DNA from: an uncultured Chloroflexia bacterium
Lineage (GTDB): Bacteria; Chloroflexota; Ktedonobacteria; Ktedonobacterales; JADMIN01
Direction: 5' to 3'
Length of the DNA: 32,000 nucleotides
Assembly: GCA_963718915.1 (NCBI GenBank)
Contig: CAVRAI010000004.1
Location: 390,001-422,000, forward strand
The notes beneath the pieces are model-generated. The model worked only from the letters and a program-made list of their open reading frames with translations, was not told the origin of the DNA and searched no databases. The translations under genes were made by a program, and so were the position numbers. Below, one piece after another: positions 30,622-32,000 of the stretch. Position 1 is the first letter of the stretch. Each line of letters begins with the position of its first letter.

Positions 30622-32000
30622 CTACATGATATAGCCACTGGCATCGAAGAGGACATGTGTCACGGTACCTGCCGGCATATCGACCTTGATATTCATCTGC
30701 CCACTGTTATCGAGCCCGACGATCACGCCGTTGGCAATGATCTGGCCGCTGGCGAAGTTGATCGAGCTGGTGCCAGGCAGGGGCGCGCTGGCCGGATAGA
30801 GGCGCAGGTCGCCGCCGCCAGTGGGTTGTACCACGGTGACGTTGCCCACCACGCCGATTGCGCCGTTTGGCACTTCGATGGAGCCAACCAGGACACCCGT
30901 GACCGGGAGTGTATGCACCGAGCCGGAGGCCCAGGGGGTATGGGAGGTGCGGGTATCGAGCAGGCGAATTGGGGCAGACAACAAACTCATGATCCCAGTG
31001 TTGCCAGCATCCACCGTGAGTACCTTGTGCCATGTGCCCGGCGAACCAGACAAAACGCAGATGTAGAGGTCGCCGTTGTTATCGCGAATCTGCTCGCCGA
31101 TGAGGTAAGAGCCACTGGTAGGCGCGCCGACGAATCCGGACAGGTTCTGTAGCAGTCGCCCGGTCCCTATGGCGACGATATCAATACCTGTAACACTGAG
31201 GCCTACCACGCCGAAGCCCGAGTCAGTTGCTCCATACACTCCAACAGAAGAGCTGCCGGTTGCGCTTCCGGACACACCGACGGCATCCACTCCGGCAGAG
31301 CCAGCGACACCGATAGCAAAGGCGCCAGTGAGAGCTGTGCCGTATACACCATAGGCAGTGTTCCCCGACGTGGCGTTACCGGCGGCTCCTAAAATGCCTG
31401 TGCTATCATCATTGCCGATCGACACCTCGAAGGCGGTTGGCGTTGCTTCGCCGCCATTATAGGTGAGCTGAGTCAGATGTTCGGCGGTGTTGCTGGAACT
31501 GCCCAGCGTCAGTGTTCCGCCATCGGCGGCATGGGCCGTCTGCGTGGTGAGGGCTGCACCTCCGGTGGCGGCCAGGGCAGCGGCGGCGCCGACCCCGCCC
31601 CACTTGAGCAGCGTCCGCCGACTCGTCGTGCCAGTCGTGCCAGTCGTGCCAGTCGTGCCATTGGCTTGCGCGTGGGAAGGCTCGCTCGGCTCCTCAACAG
31701 TATCGTCTGGAGTATCATCTGGCGACACTGGCGCATGTGGAAGCGATTCCTGCGGGGAAGAGGTCACTATTGGCTGGGGTTGCGTCCCCGCCAGGGCTGT
31801 GCGTAGCATCACAATCTGTGCTGCCATCTCCTCGCGTAGCGCTGATAATTCCTGCTCGTGAGCGGCGCGCAACGCTGCCAACTCTTGCTGAAGCGCGATG
31901 GCCTCACTCTCGTACGATGCGGAAGACGCGGACTGGTTTGCAGGGGAATCGACCGGGGAAAGAGGTGATGGGGAAGAACCGTCTTGGCGCTGCGTTGTCA
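30622..32000 (-). CDS. Paralogue 2 of the glycine-rich Tat-motif protein (5' end may lie beyond the window)
   Basis: Same architecture as paralogue 1, including SRRTLLKWGGVGAAAALAATGGAALTTQTAHA-ADG, GEQIRDNNGDLYICVLSGSPGTWHKV and the ending FDASGYIM. The frame stays open from TTG 31881 to position 32000. The conserved coiled coil (IALQQELAALRAAHEQELSALREEM) already starts upstream of that TTG, so the true start is probably outside the window. Confidence 0.7.
   Translation of the reverse strand, partial: TTQRQDGSSPSPLSPVDSPANQSASSASYESEAIALQQELAALRAAHEQELSALREEMAAQIVMLRTALAGTQPQPIVTSSPQESLPHAPVSPDDTPDDTVEEPSEPSHAQANGTTGTTGTTGTTSRRTLLKWGGVGAAAALAATGGAALTTQTAHAADGGTLTLGSSSNTAEHLTQLTYNGGEATPTAFEVSIGNDDSTGILGAAGNATSGNTAYGVYGTALTGAFAIGVAGSAGVDAVGVSGSATGSSSVGVYGATDSGFGVVGLSVTGIDIVAIGTGRLLQNLSGFVGAPTSGSYLIGEQIRDNNGDLYICVLSGSPGTWHKVLTVDAGNTGIMSLLSAPIRLLDTRTSHTPWASGSVHTLPVTGVLVGSIEVPNGAIGVVGNVTVVQPTGGGDLRLYPASAPLPGTSSINFASGQIIANGVIVGLDNSGQMNIKVDMPAGTVTHVLFDASGYIM
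31625..31660 (-). repeat. Perfect 9-bp tandem repeat x4 inside paralogue 2 (encodes GTTGTTGTTGTT)
   Basis: On the + strand GTCGTGCCA occurs at 31625-33, 31634-42, 31643-51 and 31652-60. It is in frame and lies immediately N-terminal to the SRR motif. Confidence 0.9.

Overview
This is a high-GC (roughly 60-65% by eye) bacterial chromosomal window, densely coding on both strands and mostly housekeeping. In order it holds: a YggX plus B12-domain radical SAM pair, a GT87/DUF2029 membrane protein, an FAD oxidoreductase, an ABC-F ATPase, CsaA, and a GH3 hexosaminidase-like secreted protein. Next come a T-box-controlled AlaRS protein with only the catalytic domain, a CaCA antiporter, Tex, a Xer-like recombinase homologue, a TIM-barrel-like envelope protein, CobU, a TlpA-like thioredoxin and a small acidic protein. 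The window ends with accC-fabF-accB, a DUF2079 membrane protein, a ComF-like PRTase, an NhaP-type antiporter, an M16 peptidase homologue and two tandem paralogous glycine-rich proteins with a Tat-like motif. I saw no rRNA, tRNA, CRISPR array, transposase, or recognisable defence or biosynthetic cluster, and I do not see a convincing new multi-gene system. The items most worth a second look are: (1) an in-frame TGA in the radical SAM gene that yields an exact C-U-A-E-P tail, likely selenocysteine, which the ORF track truncates; (2) a complete Ala (GCC) T-box leader with promoter and terminator in front of a naturally truncated AlaRS; (3) an accB whose conserved N-terminus lies upstream of any canonical start codon; (4) a Shine-Dalgarno (SD)-preceded 9-codon uORF in the long leader of the ABC-F gene; (5) the tandem paralogues, which carry a conserved coiled coil N-terminal to an internal Tat-like signal. 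A Chloroflexota- or Actinomycetota-like lineage is only a guess from composition and gene content. All homology calls rest on motif recognition by eye, not on searches.
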